A stretch of 63,562 bases of DNA, the filler included, from Conidiobolus incongruus B7586 (lineage: Eukaryota): the NCBI GenBank assembly GCA_000697335.1. It is 6 parts of 6 records of this genome, joined end to end, with 100 filler letters (N's around TTAATTAATTAA, not from the genome) between each part and the next. Parts side by side here need not be neighbours in the genome. Positions count along the whole stretch, not along the records: positions 38,090 to 52,826 come from JNEM01006050.1; 5 more parts are not named here. One strand, 5' to 3'. Below the pieces are notes generated by a model, which had not been told where the DNA came from, did no database searches, and worked only from the letters and a program-made list of their open reading frames with translations. Shown here piece by piece: positions 38,375 through 51,978 of the stretch (positions within the stretch are counted from its first letter, which is position 1; every line of letters begins with the position of its first letter). Position numbers and translations under genes: made by a program.

Positions 38375-40117
38375 ATCTCTCTATTTCAATCATAGTAGTG
38401 ATATTCAATATATTGACTAATTAATTTTGAAGTTATTATTCTCAATTTATATCACATTTACAATTCACAGTTTTAAAACATTATAAAAATTAATACATTA
38501 ATGTATTAAATGAAAATATCATACTCAAGTCAGACTCAATCAAAATACAATTAACTTTTATTATTTCAATGTAATTTATCAATATACTGAATTATAATGA
38601 TTTATGTTTCATATTTATAATTTTAAATCACGATATAAATATGAAGAATATTTAAATAGTTGAGAGTAATTATTAATGATTTATATTCAATTATATATCG
38701 AATAATGATAACTGGGGAGTATAATATATAAATTCAAAAGTAAATAAATTTAATATAATATAAATATATTTGATATATGATTTTGATTGTAAATTAATGA
38801 GAATTATAATTATAATTTGAATAGCTTTTGATCAAATCCTTTATATTTATGAACAAATTTTTGTAATTATTAATAACTCTAACACTTCATAATTTATTAA
38901 GTATTTATGAATTTCAATCATAGTTCAATATTGAATAACAATTTATATTAATTAGTCATTAATAGGATATAAAAATATAGTGTAAAATGTTCGATGATAT
39001 CACAAAAATTAAAAATACAATATGATACATTAGTGATCATATTACATTGAAATTTTCTAATACAGAATATATGTTATCAAAATCTAGCAATCATTTATTA
39101 AATTTTGGATCAAATTTGAATTATTATATTTTTTTTAATTCTATTTTTGAATTTTGATAATTAAAATAATTTTATATGATAATACATTCAGAATTGTCAT
39201 TTTAAATTGATACATATATATGAATATTATATTTTTTTCCTAAATTTTATTATAATGTTAACAATCTAAATATTGTAATAATCTAATTAAATAATACCTT
39301 TTATCAATATCTATTGTAATTCTATCTATAGTTAAAATATTCCTTTTTGTTTTTATCACAAACTCTCAACGGAATCTAATGTTTCACTTTTCTAATTTAT
39401 CATTTGAATAATATATTAATTTCAATTATTAAATCAGAATAAATGAATATTCAGTAAAGGTTATTTTGGAGGTATAAGTAATCGCTTCAAAAATTGACCT
39501 GTCAATCAATTAAATTCAAAAAAATGAATTATATTAGTATTTTTAAGGTTCGAATATCAACTTGAACTCAATTTGTATTTATTATTTTGAATATTAATCT
39601 ATTATATTTTATTATAATTATTTCAATTTTAAAAACTATTATAATATTATTCAAAATGATTTATATCTCATTATTAGCTCCAATAATATTGATGATATGA
39701 TAATTCAGCTCAAAGTTTAACATTCATATAATATATATATTGAAATTTGGAAATTATAAAATTAAAAATCAAATCAACTATTATAATTTTCAATACATAT
39801 ATTCTTTAATGGAGTTTTCTATGATTGAAAACAATAAACAAAATTTTAATTCATACTGAATTTAACAAAAAAATTTTCAAAATTTGAGTAAAACATGATT
39901 TTAGAAATTTTGATCCCATAAATTTAATTTCATAAATTTATTTATAAACTGATAATTTTCTAATTCAATTTTCTTTGTAAGAAATAAATTTTCATATAAT
40001 TTTTTTATAGAATTGTTGGCTTACCTATCCCTTCACAACATATAGAAATTATTAACATTAATACAAACTTATTTTGCCAACCATCATTTATAGAATTTAT
40101 TTCCAACCTTAATAACA

Positions 40118-43100
40118 ATGGCGCGTCAATTGACATCTTTACAGGAACAATTGCTCAAAATCCAAAACCCTGACGGACCTAGGATAAAATCTAATATCTC
40201 TCAAAAACATAAGGATTCATTTTTGTTCAATTCGAAGGAAGCTGCTGAACATAGTAATGACACCATTTTTGAATTGGCTACTTCCGGTTTTTCGGAATTG
40301 TGTCAATTAAATAAACAATTTAAAAAATTTGAAACTACTTTCTTTTCTCAAGCTTCAAAAGAAACGAACAGAGTTTTATTGGTAACATAAATTATCCTTT
40401 ATGTTATAATGTTTCAATGTTAATTTATTTTTAGACTAAAGAACAAAATGAAGAACTTGATATCCAAATTGAAGAACTTCTAATGCTCATATCCCAATTC
40501 TTTTTAATCAGCCCAGCTGCTAAAGCTCTTGAATGGCTTATAAGACGATTCAGGTAATATATTTTAAAATTAGATAATGTAATAATTTTTTAATATATAT
40601 TGTTTTAGAATTAACGAATTTAATGTACAACAAATTGTCAACACTATTCTTCCCTATCATGAAACTGAATTATTCGTCAAGATGCTTACTATTTTGGATT
40701 TAGAGTAATTTAAATATGTAAAAATATTATACTCCACGCATTAACTGTATTTTAGCCCAAATGACAAGTTAAGCTACTTGATTGGCGTTAGAAAGAGTAA
40801 ATCACCTATGCTCAAGCAACATCTTATTCAATGGGCTAAGCAAGATATTACAGTATTAACTACTTTTGGTGAATGGGTAATTGCAAAGTTCATTTAGCAT
40901 TAGTCACTATAATAACCAATAATTAATATTTTAGGTACATAAATCTTCTCTTATTAGCCCATCATTTACCACACTTTATTCATTCTACTCTGGATTCCTC
41001 CTCGAATTTTATAAAGATTATCTCAAAATCACAGATCAACAGCTAGTTCCCATACTGCCTCAAATCTTTAAGGGTATCAAATCCGAAACTTCTGATGACT
41101 ATAAGGTATATTATATCAAAGATTACTTGAAAATATGTTCCAACTTATCTTATTGAATTATATAGCTCGCTTCTTCATCTGTATTAATTTATTTAATAAC
41201 GAGAGCATCTTTTTCTAAAAAATTCATTGAATCTACATTAAAGACAGTGACTCTTTCTCAGCTTGATTTGGACGTATCTCTCTCCATCATCACATCATTA
41301 TTTACTTATCAATACACTGAATCGCGTGCTATTCAAATTGAATCATTCCTCATCGATTGGTTCTTGAATCAAAAGGATCTTTTACCCAGTTTGGAAGGTT
41401 TCGCTGCAAATACCAATATTGAGCAGTTCATGATAACTTTCTCTCAGCAATTAATTTTAACTGCTCTCACCAAAACTACAGATTCCGCTGAAGTCAAACT
41501 GGCAACTAAGCTCTTATCAGATTCCGATATTATCACCTCTTCTATTTTAGCCAAATTAATGAATTCGCTTATCACACCCAAGAATCTTGCTAAACTCTCA
41601 AATAATGCTACACAGTTACTCGTCGATATTTTATCCAAATCTGTCCACATTTCCAATCCTAGTATTGAGTTATTATTACAGAATAAGATGGATTCTTATA
41701 AGAATGATCAAGCTTTCCACAAGAAGATTGTCACGATCTCTACCTCCGTTATTAAGGATAACGTTTTTGCTTTGACTACTGAAGGTAAACCTTTGGATCA
41801 ATCCTTGGTGAATGGAGATAATACCTCTAGATTGACCACAATTGCATCTCTCTCAACTGTTGAGCACTCTAACAAGGTTTACAAAAAAGTTTCTAACCAG
41901 TTATTGGAATGTCTCTTTGATTCCGACGCTACTATTAGAGACAAATCTGCAGAACTAATTTTATCTAAAACTGCTTTAAGAGATGTGATCACTGCTGAAA
42001 AAATTTGGAACTACTCTCGTGCCAATAGCAAATCTATCTCCAACGAGGTTATCGCCTTACTTTTTGAACCCAAATTCGTCCAAGCTCATTTGAGTGATAT
42101 TGTCACATTGCTTTTGGGGGCTTTCTTTTCTGAAAGTACTCAGTTCTCCTTGTTCGATAGTATTCGAAAATTACTCGCTCAAAATACCTTCCCTGAAACA
42201 AGCTTCTTAACTAACCTAAACAAACTTGATATCAACGAAAACAACTATTCAGCTTACCGATTGCACCTCAAATTCATCAGCCTCTTAGCCGATAATCTCT
42301 CTTCCTCAGAAAATATCGAAAACGATTTAACCATTCTTTCATCTGCTGTTCAGCAATCAGCTCTTTCAGTTCGTTATTTTGTTTTAGTGGTTTTAGCTCA
42401 AGCTCTAACCAAAACTTCTTCAAAACATGCTATTTTATCCTTGGGTCAGTTTTTCTTGGGTGCTTTAGCTTACGTTATCAAACCATTCCCTCTTCCTCAA
42501 GGTATCACTCTTGGTAATACCAATTTGGATAAATTGATCAAGAAAATTCCTCTTCACGACGATCTTGGTTATACTGCCGCTCCTCTCACTCACTTCTGTA
42601 TTGAATCAATACTCACAGCTATTACATCATTATCCATCGACAATAAGACACTTTGGTTAGATCAATTATCTTTTGAAGATCAATCTCTTCAATTGATTGA
42701 TGGCGTTTTTGTCTATTTAGCCAAATGGCCCCTAAGCTTTTCTCAAGATTTGTTAACTAAATTAACAAGCCCTTACTCTGAATCGATAGTTGAGCTTTTA
42801 TTAAGACAATTCATCTTAAGCCATGATTCTGGTGTACAATCAAGAATTCTCACCCTATTATATATTTGTCTTAAGAACATTCTTGCTCAAACTTCATCAC
42901 CATTTATCGATTATCAAATCTTGATTCCTCAATTATGCATTGGACTCACTTCCCAAGATCCTTTAACAAGGAAATATACTTTGAAGCTGTTCGAGCTATT
43001 TAGCGAACATTACAAAGATGCTAATGTCTCCTCTACAAAGGCTAAGAACTCTAAATCATCTAAATCCAAGCTTAACTATTATAAGTCGGATTCATTCTAT

Positions 43101-46100
43101 GGTAGCCAATCAAGAAGTGATTTGATCTTTTTGTCCACAGAGCATACCCGTACCTTTATCCAAAGTATTTTGGCACATCAAGTGACTATCTCTTCTACAT
43201 TAACTGATCTCTCTACCATTCTCGGCTATTTCACTAATGAATCCAATAGCACTAAGGAACTCAATACTGAAGCTCTTGGATCTTTCTTGTTATCCAATGC
43301 AGTCAACTTCCCATTACCTGAAGCTCAAATTCAAATCATTCACGCTCTCAGCCCTTTGAAATTTAAGAGCAAGTTAAAGATTGTCAGCACCCTTTTCAGT
43401 GACTTACTCGAAAAGGTTTCTAAACAAATTTCTTTGTCCCCTCTTGAAGGTAAACTCTTGGCCGGAATTATTGAATATTTCACTCCTTCCGCTCTTGCAC
43501 TTTCTGGCTCCAACAAAGTGAAATACATGAACATCCTGACTTTTGCACTTGGATTAACTAACCCCGTCACTATTAATAATCAAACTACCACAGTTTGCCA
43601 CTTGATTCTTAAGCTCTTCTCTCAAGATTTCTTCAGGCAATTTTCTGCTGCCAACCAATCTCAGTTATTCCGCGCTTTGATTAATATTAGTTCAACTGCT
43701 GAAGAAAGTTTGGCTAGTTTGGCTAAAAGAACTCTTGGTGACATCAATGCTTCAATTCAACTTTACATTGAAATCTTGACTGAAATATCAGATCAAATTC
43801 GTCCTGAAGTTGAAATGGCTAATAAGAAGGCTAAGCTTGAAAATGATCTCAATCAAGATAGTTTATTATTCTCTCAGCTTACCTCTTTGCTTGAAATCTT
43901 GGATTCTATCGAATTATCCGCTAACCTAGACTCCTTGATAATGAAGCTCTCCGATTTAATTACCATATTCATTGATTTGGGATCTTCTATCGGCTATTCT
44001 GCATTCGATTATATTTTCCAGCTTATTTTCTCCGTTGCCACTACTATTTGCAAGTTGGATTCCTCTGTCTTGACTTCCACTCCCATTCGTATGGATAGTA
44101 TTGTCCAATGCTTGAGATTATCAACTAACCCTCAAACTCATAATTCAGCTTTACTTCTCTTGGCCACTGTTTCACAACACTCCCCTGAGCAAGTACTTCA
44201 TAATATCATGCCTCTTTTCACCTTTATGGGTACTAATGTCACTCGTAAAGATGATAACTATAGCTTCTACGTCATTGAACAAGCTTTGTCAACTATTATG
44301 CCAGTGCTTATTCAATCCTATATTGAAAAATCCGATAATATTCATCAATCTTTCTTAGAAGCCAAACCCATTATCGCCATCTTTGTTAATGCTCTTTTGC
44401 ACATCCCTGCTCATCGTAGATTAAAGCTAATTACTGTTCTCGTCAACTCAATGGGTGCTGATAGCTATCTCTATCCTACTTTGGGGTTGTTACTTGATAA
44501 ATATTCTATCAGACATGTTAAACCAATTAAAGATGGCGCTGAAGAATATTTGGAATTTTCTCAAGATTTATTAAGTCAATTCTCTATTGAAATTCAGCTT
44601 AATAACTTGAATTTACTTCTTAAAGATACTTTAATGGTCCCCAACGAAAAACCTAAGGAAGATGAACAAGAAGCTGATCAGGCTTCACAACCCCAAACTA
44701 TTTATGAATTCTCTGAGCGTTCAGACAAACAAATACGTCACTACAAGTTGGGAGTTGTTCAGCTTATCAAGATGATCACTTCATCTGATCAATTCTTACA
44801 GCAAGTCGCTCTCTTTCAATCTGATTCCAATGCTAAACAAGAGTTTGACAAACACTATTTGCCATTGGCTCAAACTATCTTACTCATGTTCCAAGATTTT
44901 AAGGATTATCTCGTCGAATTGGGACAAAAGGATGAAGTTAACAAAAACATTGATCGCTTCTTCAGAGGTTTGATTAGCTTGATCAACGATGTATTGACCA
45001 ACGTTTTGAATACTCTCTCAAGTACTTCTATTCTTTTATTTATCTCTGAAATGTTGCAACATTCTAGATTTACAGTTAGACAATTCGCTATTCATCTTTT
45101 GAACACTCGAATTAGCAACCTCAAGCCTGAGAATAAGAGCTCTTATATGACTTCATTTGTTAAGATGTTACCCTTGTTGGTTAAAATTGTCAAAGGAGAA
45201 TCTGCCCCCAACGGTGAAGAATCTACTACCAATCGTCAAACTGCTTTGCACTGTTTGGGTATGTTGATCAAGACTTTTGCTACTCCTGAAAATCCTCACC
45301 ATCCCAACTCTACCTTTATTAACATCGTTTTACCTTTGGCTGCTGGTCCTCATGGTCTTGAGAATGAAAATCTCCATATTGTTGCTTCCAGCTTTGTGTG
45401 CTTGACCTATTTATCACGTCAGCTTGGACCCCTTTTGGTTAAAAAAGTCAACTCTTTTGCTCCTAAAGCTGTTGATCGTTTTATTAACCTTTTTAATATT
45501 CAATCTAACGATTCTGGCCTCCGTGCTGCTGTTCTTTCCGGCCTTGCTCTCGTTGACTCCTTGATTATTAGCCAATCTGACTTCATTGGACCCTACCTCA
45601 GTCGCATCATGAACACACTGCTCGTCGTCCAAACTTGGAAATTTGAAGAAGCTTCCAAGACCTCTATTGTTGAGCATTGTAATGATCTTTCTATCTCTCT
45701 TATCAAGCACGTTTCTCCTAGGGCTTTACTACCTGTTGTTTATGAAGCTACACCAAAGGCTCTCGAACTTGGAGGCTCTGCTCTTATCTATCTTTTCAAC
45801 TTCTTGACCCAGATCATTATTTCCATCCCCAAGAGTGAAATTTCTCAATATAGCATCAAGATCTTCAAATTCCTCTTGGGTCATATGGATTTGAGATTCA
45901 CTCAAAAACAATTGGGATCAGACTTAGATACCGTTGAACTTGCAATTATTAAGAGTTTATTCGAACTAATCGTCAGATTAGATGATAGCATCTTCAAGCC
46001 TATTCTTCTTAAGTTGATTGATTGGGGTACTATCGAAAAACAAGGATCAGATGAAGGAAAATTACGCTCTACTGTATTCTACAGATTGACTCAATACCTC

Positions 46101-46706
46101 CTTTCTGAACTTGGAGAATTGATTTCTCCAGTATTTACTTACCTCGTCAAACACAGTGTCAATGAGCTTAGCACCATGACCCTTGATGAAACTAACCAAG
46201 ACCTCTGGAAGTATCTCCTACAGTCTATTACACTCTCTAACCAACATGATAACGTTGATATTTGGAACTTGGATAACTACACATCTCTTCTCGAAGCTTT
46301 GTTACGTCAAATTGATACCGTTACAGATCTTGAACTTGCCTCTGCCAACTTAGTACCTTGCTTCACAAGCTTAATACTGAATATCGATAATGAAAATGCT
46401 TGGAAGAAGATAAATCATGAAATTTTGGTCAAGACTCGAACTGAAGCATATCAGGTAATCATTATAATTTCTACTTATTAAACAGTTATTAATTTACTTG
46501 TTTAGTCTAAATGCATTGCTATGCTGGCTATCAAGGATATTTATATTCACCTCAACGAAAAGTTTGCACCCTTTGTTGCCGAAACCATTCCCTTTTTGGC
46601 TGAAGTCATGGAAGATGACCATCCTACCGTTACTCAAACCGTCAGTGATCTTGTGCTTACAATTGAAAAGCATGCTGACATCTCCCTCCAAGAATATTTC
46701 CGTTAA
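40118..46706 (+). CDS. UTP10: U3 snoRNP/SSU processome HEAT-repeat protein Utp10 (HEATR1/BAP28)
   Basis: TSLQEQL..., SFLFNSKEAA, KALEWLIRRF|RINEFN, LPYHET; NPQTHNSALLLLA, VLHNIMPLFTFMG, DDNYSF, HIPAHRRLKL; C-terminal ETIPFLAEVMEDD. Confidence 0.95.
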
Positions 46707-46855
46707 TTCAGACATAATCTCCACCAATCTCTATAATTTATATTATATATAGTATCTGTCATTTTTTCAGCTATGGCATTTAATTAAAAATTAGACCTAT
46801 TTGTTTTTAAAATACAAATCAATAAAATTATATTATGAAACAATTATATTTTTAT

Positions 46856-47446
46856 TTAAATATAATAATTTGAATTTAATACAAGACCTATTGGATTTCC
46901 AATTATTCCAACCCAATTCTTAATATAGTTATTAAGTTTTAATTCATGGGATTTAAATGCTAATTCAGCATTATTATCATCATCCTGATGATTAAATATA
47001 GCTTCAAGCATTTTAATAGTACGACACGGATGAATAAAAAAGTAAGGTGTATTCAATACTGGATGATCTCCCTGAGAAATAGCACCTCCGAACTCAATCT
47101 CTTTCATAGCATCCAATTGGGAAGATCTAGATCTTATCAATTCGTAAATTTCATCAATGTTCATTATTGAATTGTCCATTTTAAAGGGTAAGAAATACAG
47201 ACATGGCACACAATAACCGGGTGAATACAATATGTGAAAATCCATTCTACAATGATGGGCTTTTGAAGCAATTGTGTAGTTGATATAATAATTTAAATGT
47301 TGTAAATAAATTGAATTACCAGGTAATTCGGATTGAATTAATTGCCAATTGTCATTTAATTCTTTGGATTGGTTTAAAAATTGATAACATGCTTCGTTAA
47401 ATTCAGATTTTGTAAGTTTGAATTTACCATAGTTGAAGTTAGACAT
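46856..47446 (-). CDS. ATG10: Autophagy E2-like enzyme Atg10
   Basis: HILYSPGYCVPCLYF, ISQGDHPVLNTPYFFIHPCRT (catalytic HPC) and NYIKNWVGIIGNPIGL. Confidence 0.9.
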   Translation of the reverse strand: MSNFNYGKFKLTKSEFNEACYQFLNQSKELNDNWQLIQSELPGNSIYLQHLNYYINYTIASKAHHCRMDFHILYSPGYCVPCLYFLPFKMDNSIMNIDEIYELIRSRSSQLDAMKEIEFGGAISQGDHPVLNTPYFFIHPCRTIKMLEAIFNHQDDDNNAELAFKSHELKLNNYIKNWVGIIGNPIGLVLNSNYYI

Positions 47447-47562
47447 GATATTGAAATTATGTTTATTGACTGGGAAAAATAAATTTGTAATTAATTTAGA
47501 ATAATGGTTTTGTTAACTTTTATGGGATGAATATTTATAAAAAGATCTTATCAAATGAAAAA

Positions 47563-47634
47563 TAGGAGCGAGAGGTTTCGATCCTCCGACCTCGGGGTTA
47601 TGAGCCCCGCGCGCTTCCTCTGCGCTACGCTGCT
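47563..47634 (-). tRNA. Initiator tRNA-Met(CAU)
   Basis: A1:U72 pair, GGG/CCC anticodon stem around CAU and T-loop AUCGAAA (A54), all initiator hallmarks. Confidence 0.92.
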
Positions 47635-47985
47635 CTAATCACCTTTCCAATTAATTATTTTTATGATTTAATTTTGGACTTTAATTTCAAAATAATTAAT
47701 TTATAATTTCATAATTTTAATTTTTTTATATTTTAGCATTCATTCTCAATTTTGTCATTTTTCGTTGAATTCTTCAATTATCTCACTTTTTTATTGTTAT
47801 TTTAATTTTTTATTTTATTATATAAAACTATATACTTAACTATCTCTTCATTTAATAACTTTTCTCTCATTAATAATAGTTTTTATTATCAATAAAACAA
47901 ATTTTTAAATACAATTTACTTTTGATCTGGAATATTAATCCAGATAACAAATTTTCTTAATTGCAAACAATTATTTAAATACTGC

Positions 47986-48297
47986 AGGTCTGCTGAAAGG
48001 TAGTCTTACAATAAGGATCAAGTAGATTCGATAAAACAGACCAAGGGTGACTAACGGGATACTTAAAGGGCTTTACTAAAATTTCAAGATGTAGGACTTG
48101 GCCCTGATCGAGATGATCTCCGAGCAAATATGTGCTCAGTGGCGATTTTATAGTGCTATCAGTCCTTGGCCAATGTGTTGAAACACCATTAGTTATTATC
48201 GGGAATTTTGGATTGTGCAAGGATTGCGTAACGTACTTGCGTGTGGATTACGTTCAGAATAAGGGCAAATAGTTAAAGTTGAATGGCGAGCAGACCT
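47986..48297 (+). ncRNA. Candidate structured ncRNA, family unassigned
   Basis: GC-rich island with no credible ORF. The ends pair (AGGTCTGCT/AGCAGACCT) and at least eight further nested helices can form, several with G-U pairs that favour the + strand. Confidence 0.55.
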
Positions 48298-48728
48298 CCT
48301 GGTTCGTGATAATATAAAATATTTTAAGAGTAATTACAAATACTATAAATAATGAAATTCAAATTCTAACATTATTATTATCTGTGTATTAAAGAAAAAT
48401 AAACTAAAATTTGCAAAATATATATGATATAATTTAAGCATGGTTGATAGAAACTAAATAGGAAATTAATTAATGTTGAGATGAGACATAAAATCAATAT
48501 GAATTCTATACAGTAAAATATTAAGTCAATCTATTTGAGAGTGTACTTAATTTATTTAAAATAAAAACTAAATATGAAAAGTTAGTGAATAATAGAAAAT
48601 AAACAATATTGGGCATCATGCTATCAAACCACAATATTTAATACTATGAAATAACATCCTTGACATCTTAAAGTCAATAACTTTGAAATACAGATAGAGT
48701 TTCAAATAACTGGAATAACAACAATAAA

Positions 48729-49279
48729 TTATTTCCACGTTGTAGAACCGTCACTAAAATATTCCTTCTTCCAAATGGGAACAGTCTTCTTAACGTGGTC
48801 AATGATAAAATCGACGGCTGAAAGAGCTTCCTTCCTGTGGGGACTAGAAACTACGATAATAATACTGACTTCGCCTACAGGCACGGTGCCAACGCGGTGA
48901 CCAACCAAAACTTTACACAATTCGGGAGTAATCTGTCTTAATTTTTGGATGATTTTTTTGATTTCCATTTCGGCCATTTCGGGATAGTATTCGTATTCTA
49001 ATTTAGATACTGGTTTATCTATAACGATAAATAAAGTTACTGAATTGATTTTATATGAAGTAGATAATTTTTATTACGGTTAAATTCGTTGCGTGTGGTA
49101 CCTATGAAGGTGGCAATAGCTCCGCATGAATCGTTTTGAGCCCACAAAGTACAAGCTTCAATAGATAGAGGCTCTTCCTGAATGAAAATACGATTATCTT
49201 CCTCAATCCATGGCTTGGTGGGAGGGTGAGTACCCTTAGGTTCGTAATGAACAGCTGCAGATTCCGAAATAACAGACAT
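48729..49279 (-). CDS. MOCS2: Molybdopterin synthase catalytic subunit (MoaE/MOCS2B); exons 49279-49078, 49018-48729
   Basis: CGAIATFIGTTRNEF, LEYEYYPEMA, HRVGTVPVGEVSIIIVVSSPHR and VPIWKKEY. Confidence 0.93.
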
Positions 49280-49650
49280 GAATAGCGTAAAAAAGAATTG
49301 ATTATTATAGTTTAATGCTAGTTTGATTAATATTATTTATTAGTTTAAAGATGTTTAACTGAATTCAAATCAAAATACCAAGTTAGAAATTCTTGTATTA
49401 TGAATTAATTAATTTAATATCAATCAAAAGTGGTCCAATTATCATGACGTATTAATCACCAAATCTTGATATTTATCCCATAATAGTTATTACCATGAAT
49501 GACTATATCTATGAATTTAAATTTTAGATCACGTAAGCAGTACAATCAATTATCATAACCACAATTAATAATAAAATTTAACATTAATTTCACTTTAAAT
49601 ATTTAAATCAGCATTAGTTTTATTATTATCAATTAAATTTAACATTCAAA

Positions 49651-50827
49651 ATGGTATTAGAAGCTACTATGGTTGTGTCAGTATTACTTATTCAAATTCA
49701 TTTAAATTTAAACTAATCCTATTAAATATAGCCTCGACAACTCCGAATACATGCGTAATGGAGATTATTTACCAACTCGTCTAGAAGCTCAATACGATGC
49801 TTTGGGTCTTATATTCCGCTCTAAAACTTCTGACCATCCTGAAAATACTGTAGGTGTATTGACTATGGCAGGCAAAGGGTATTAAATTCTATAATTACAA
49901 AATTTAATTCACTAATTTTTTAAATAATTTAGTCCAAAAGTCTTGACTACATTATCCTCTGATTTGGGTAAAGTATTAACTACAGCTCACAAAGTCAATC
50001 TTGAGGGTTCTATCAATTTGGTAGAAGGAATCCAAGTAGCTCATGTAACAATAAGTCCTAGACTACATAATGGCATATTTTTATTAATGACTCCTTTCTA
50101 ATAGCTCGCTTTAAAACATCGTCAAAACAAGAACCAACGTCAGCGTGTAATTGTATTTGTAGGAAGTCCCGTTCAAGCCACAGAACAACAATTGGCACAT
50201 TTGGCTAAAAAGATGAAGAAAAACAATGTGGCTATTGACATCATCAATTTTGGAGAATATGCTGAAAATGAACAAAAATTATCCACTTTTGTCGAATTGG
50301 TTAACAGTGCCGATAACAGGTGTGTAAACATCCATTTTGACGTAATTTATTAATTTAACTAATATTTTATAGTCATTTTCTTACGGTCCAACCAAGTGAT
50401 AATCTTCTTAGTGACGTTATCCTAACATCACCCATTCTTGCCTCTGAAGATGGCGGTAGTGTATCCCGCTCTAACAACTTTGAATTTGGAGTTGATCCAT
50501 CTGTCGATCCCGAACTTGCGCTTGCACTCCGTATTTCTATGGAGGAAGAAAGAGCTAGACAAGAAGCTGCCAGAGCCAAATCCGGTGAAAATACCGAATC
50601 ATCTGCTCAAACTGAATTAGGTCCTGCCCCTTCCACTATCCCTCCTCCCCCAGATGTTTTTATGGACGATGATGAATCCGAAGAAGCTCAAATTGCACGT
50701 GCTATCCAACTCTCCATGATGGATCAGAATAATAATAACCAAGACGATGACAATAAAGACGACAAAATGGAAGGTAATATACATATATGAAATTATTTTA
50801 TTATATACTAATTTTGATTTAGAATAA
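49651..50827 (+). CDS. RPN10: 26S proteasome regulatory subunit Rpn10 (vWA and UIM)
   Basis: [51 protein letters not shown] and [24 protein letters not shown]. The end is either a 5-nt terminal exon at 50823-50827 or the unspliced stop at 50790. Confidence 0.96.
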
Positions 50828-51978
50828 ATGTCTTAGTATACTATTATTAAAATACATTTCAATTCGCTCATTATTAATTATATATAGCTGATTCGTTACC
50901 TGATTCCTGAGCTTTATATTTTTATCCAAACTCATTTAAATGTTGCTCAATTGGCATATATTGATTTCAACAATTATATTTTTATTTTTCGCGAATTCTA
51001 ATTAAACGTTGTTTTATTATCTGATAATTATAATATCTATAGATATCTATTTCAATTTCTAACCAGGATTATTATACTACGACATCTGTTGCTTTTTTTA
51101 CAATATGAATCGCTGAATTCCATATATCGATACAATATATAATTCAAACTCAATTTATTTTTTTTATAATTTTATTTAAATTCTTTTGGCTATTGAAATA
51201 ATATATTAACAGTAATATTTATCACTTTAAATACATTTTTTTTGTAATTTTACTCCTCTAATAAATGAATAATATTTATTTAATTTTATATATTTTAAGT
51301 CTAATCAATTAAATAAAATTACAATTTATCTTCAATTATAACCTCATTGTATTTACTTTGCTAATTATCAATTTAATACAATTAAACAAATCATATGATT
51401 AGTTTGAAATTTTATTTTTAGGAAATCAGCATTTAATAATTTTTGAAAATCTTTCGACTCATGAAATATATTTACTTTTGAAATTTAAATAGCAAAATAA
51501 AATAGTATATAAATACCAGTTATTAAATCTATAATAATAAATTAATTACTAATAAATGAATTCAAATTTTGATTTAAAAAATATGTTTTAATAATTAATT
51601 CAAATTATTGGTATAAATTATATATATTAGGAATAATTAATTGAAAAAATATATATTCATTACTTGCGTTATTTAAATTGTCATTGATATAATTGGTCTG
51701 TATATATAACAAAGTTGTGAATAATTAGAAGTATATACATATATATGGACATTGTTTTATTGAGTAAATTTATTATTTTTAAATCAATTAAGATAAAAAT
51801 ACCAAAATATATATTATCCCATAAAAATAAATTCCATAATAAAATAATAAAAGGTTAATTTAGCAAATTTGACTATTTTAAAATTATAATTGAATTACAA
51901 TTAATTATAATTATAATATAAAATAATTTCAATATTTTAAATATTAATTAGAAAAAATATTGTGTTAATTTAAATAAA

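Noticed and set aside
48065..48212. U11-like AAAGGGCTT plus Sm-like AATTTTGG, and TPP-riboswitch- or hammerhead-like CTGATCGAGATGAT
   Set aside because: Spacing and required partner motifs are missing: no U11 closing helix, no UGAGA of TPP, no exact CUGANGA core.
47975..48220. 81-aa minus-strand ORF within the structured island
   Set aside because: TTG start and no recognisable domain; the pairing pattern is better explained by RNA structure.
48729..49650. Possible bicistronic MOCS2A/MOCS2B arrangement as in animals
   Set aside because: No upstream or overlapping small-subunit ORF ending in Gly-Gly; the upstream DNA is the short divergent promoter shared with RPN10.
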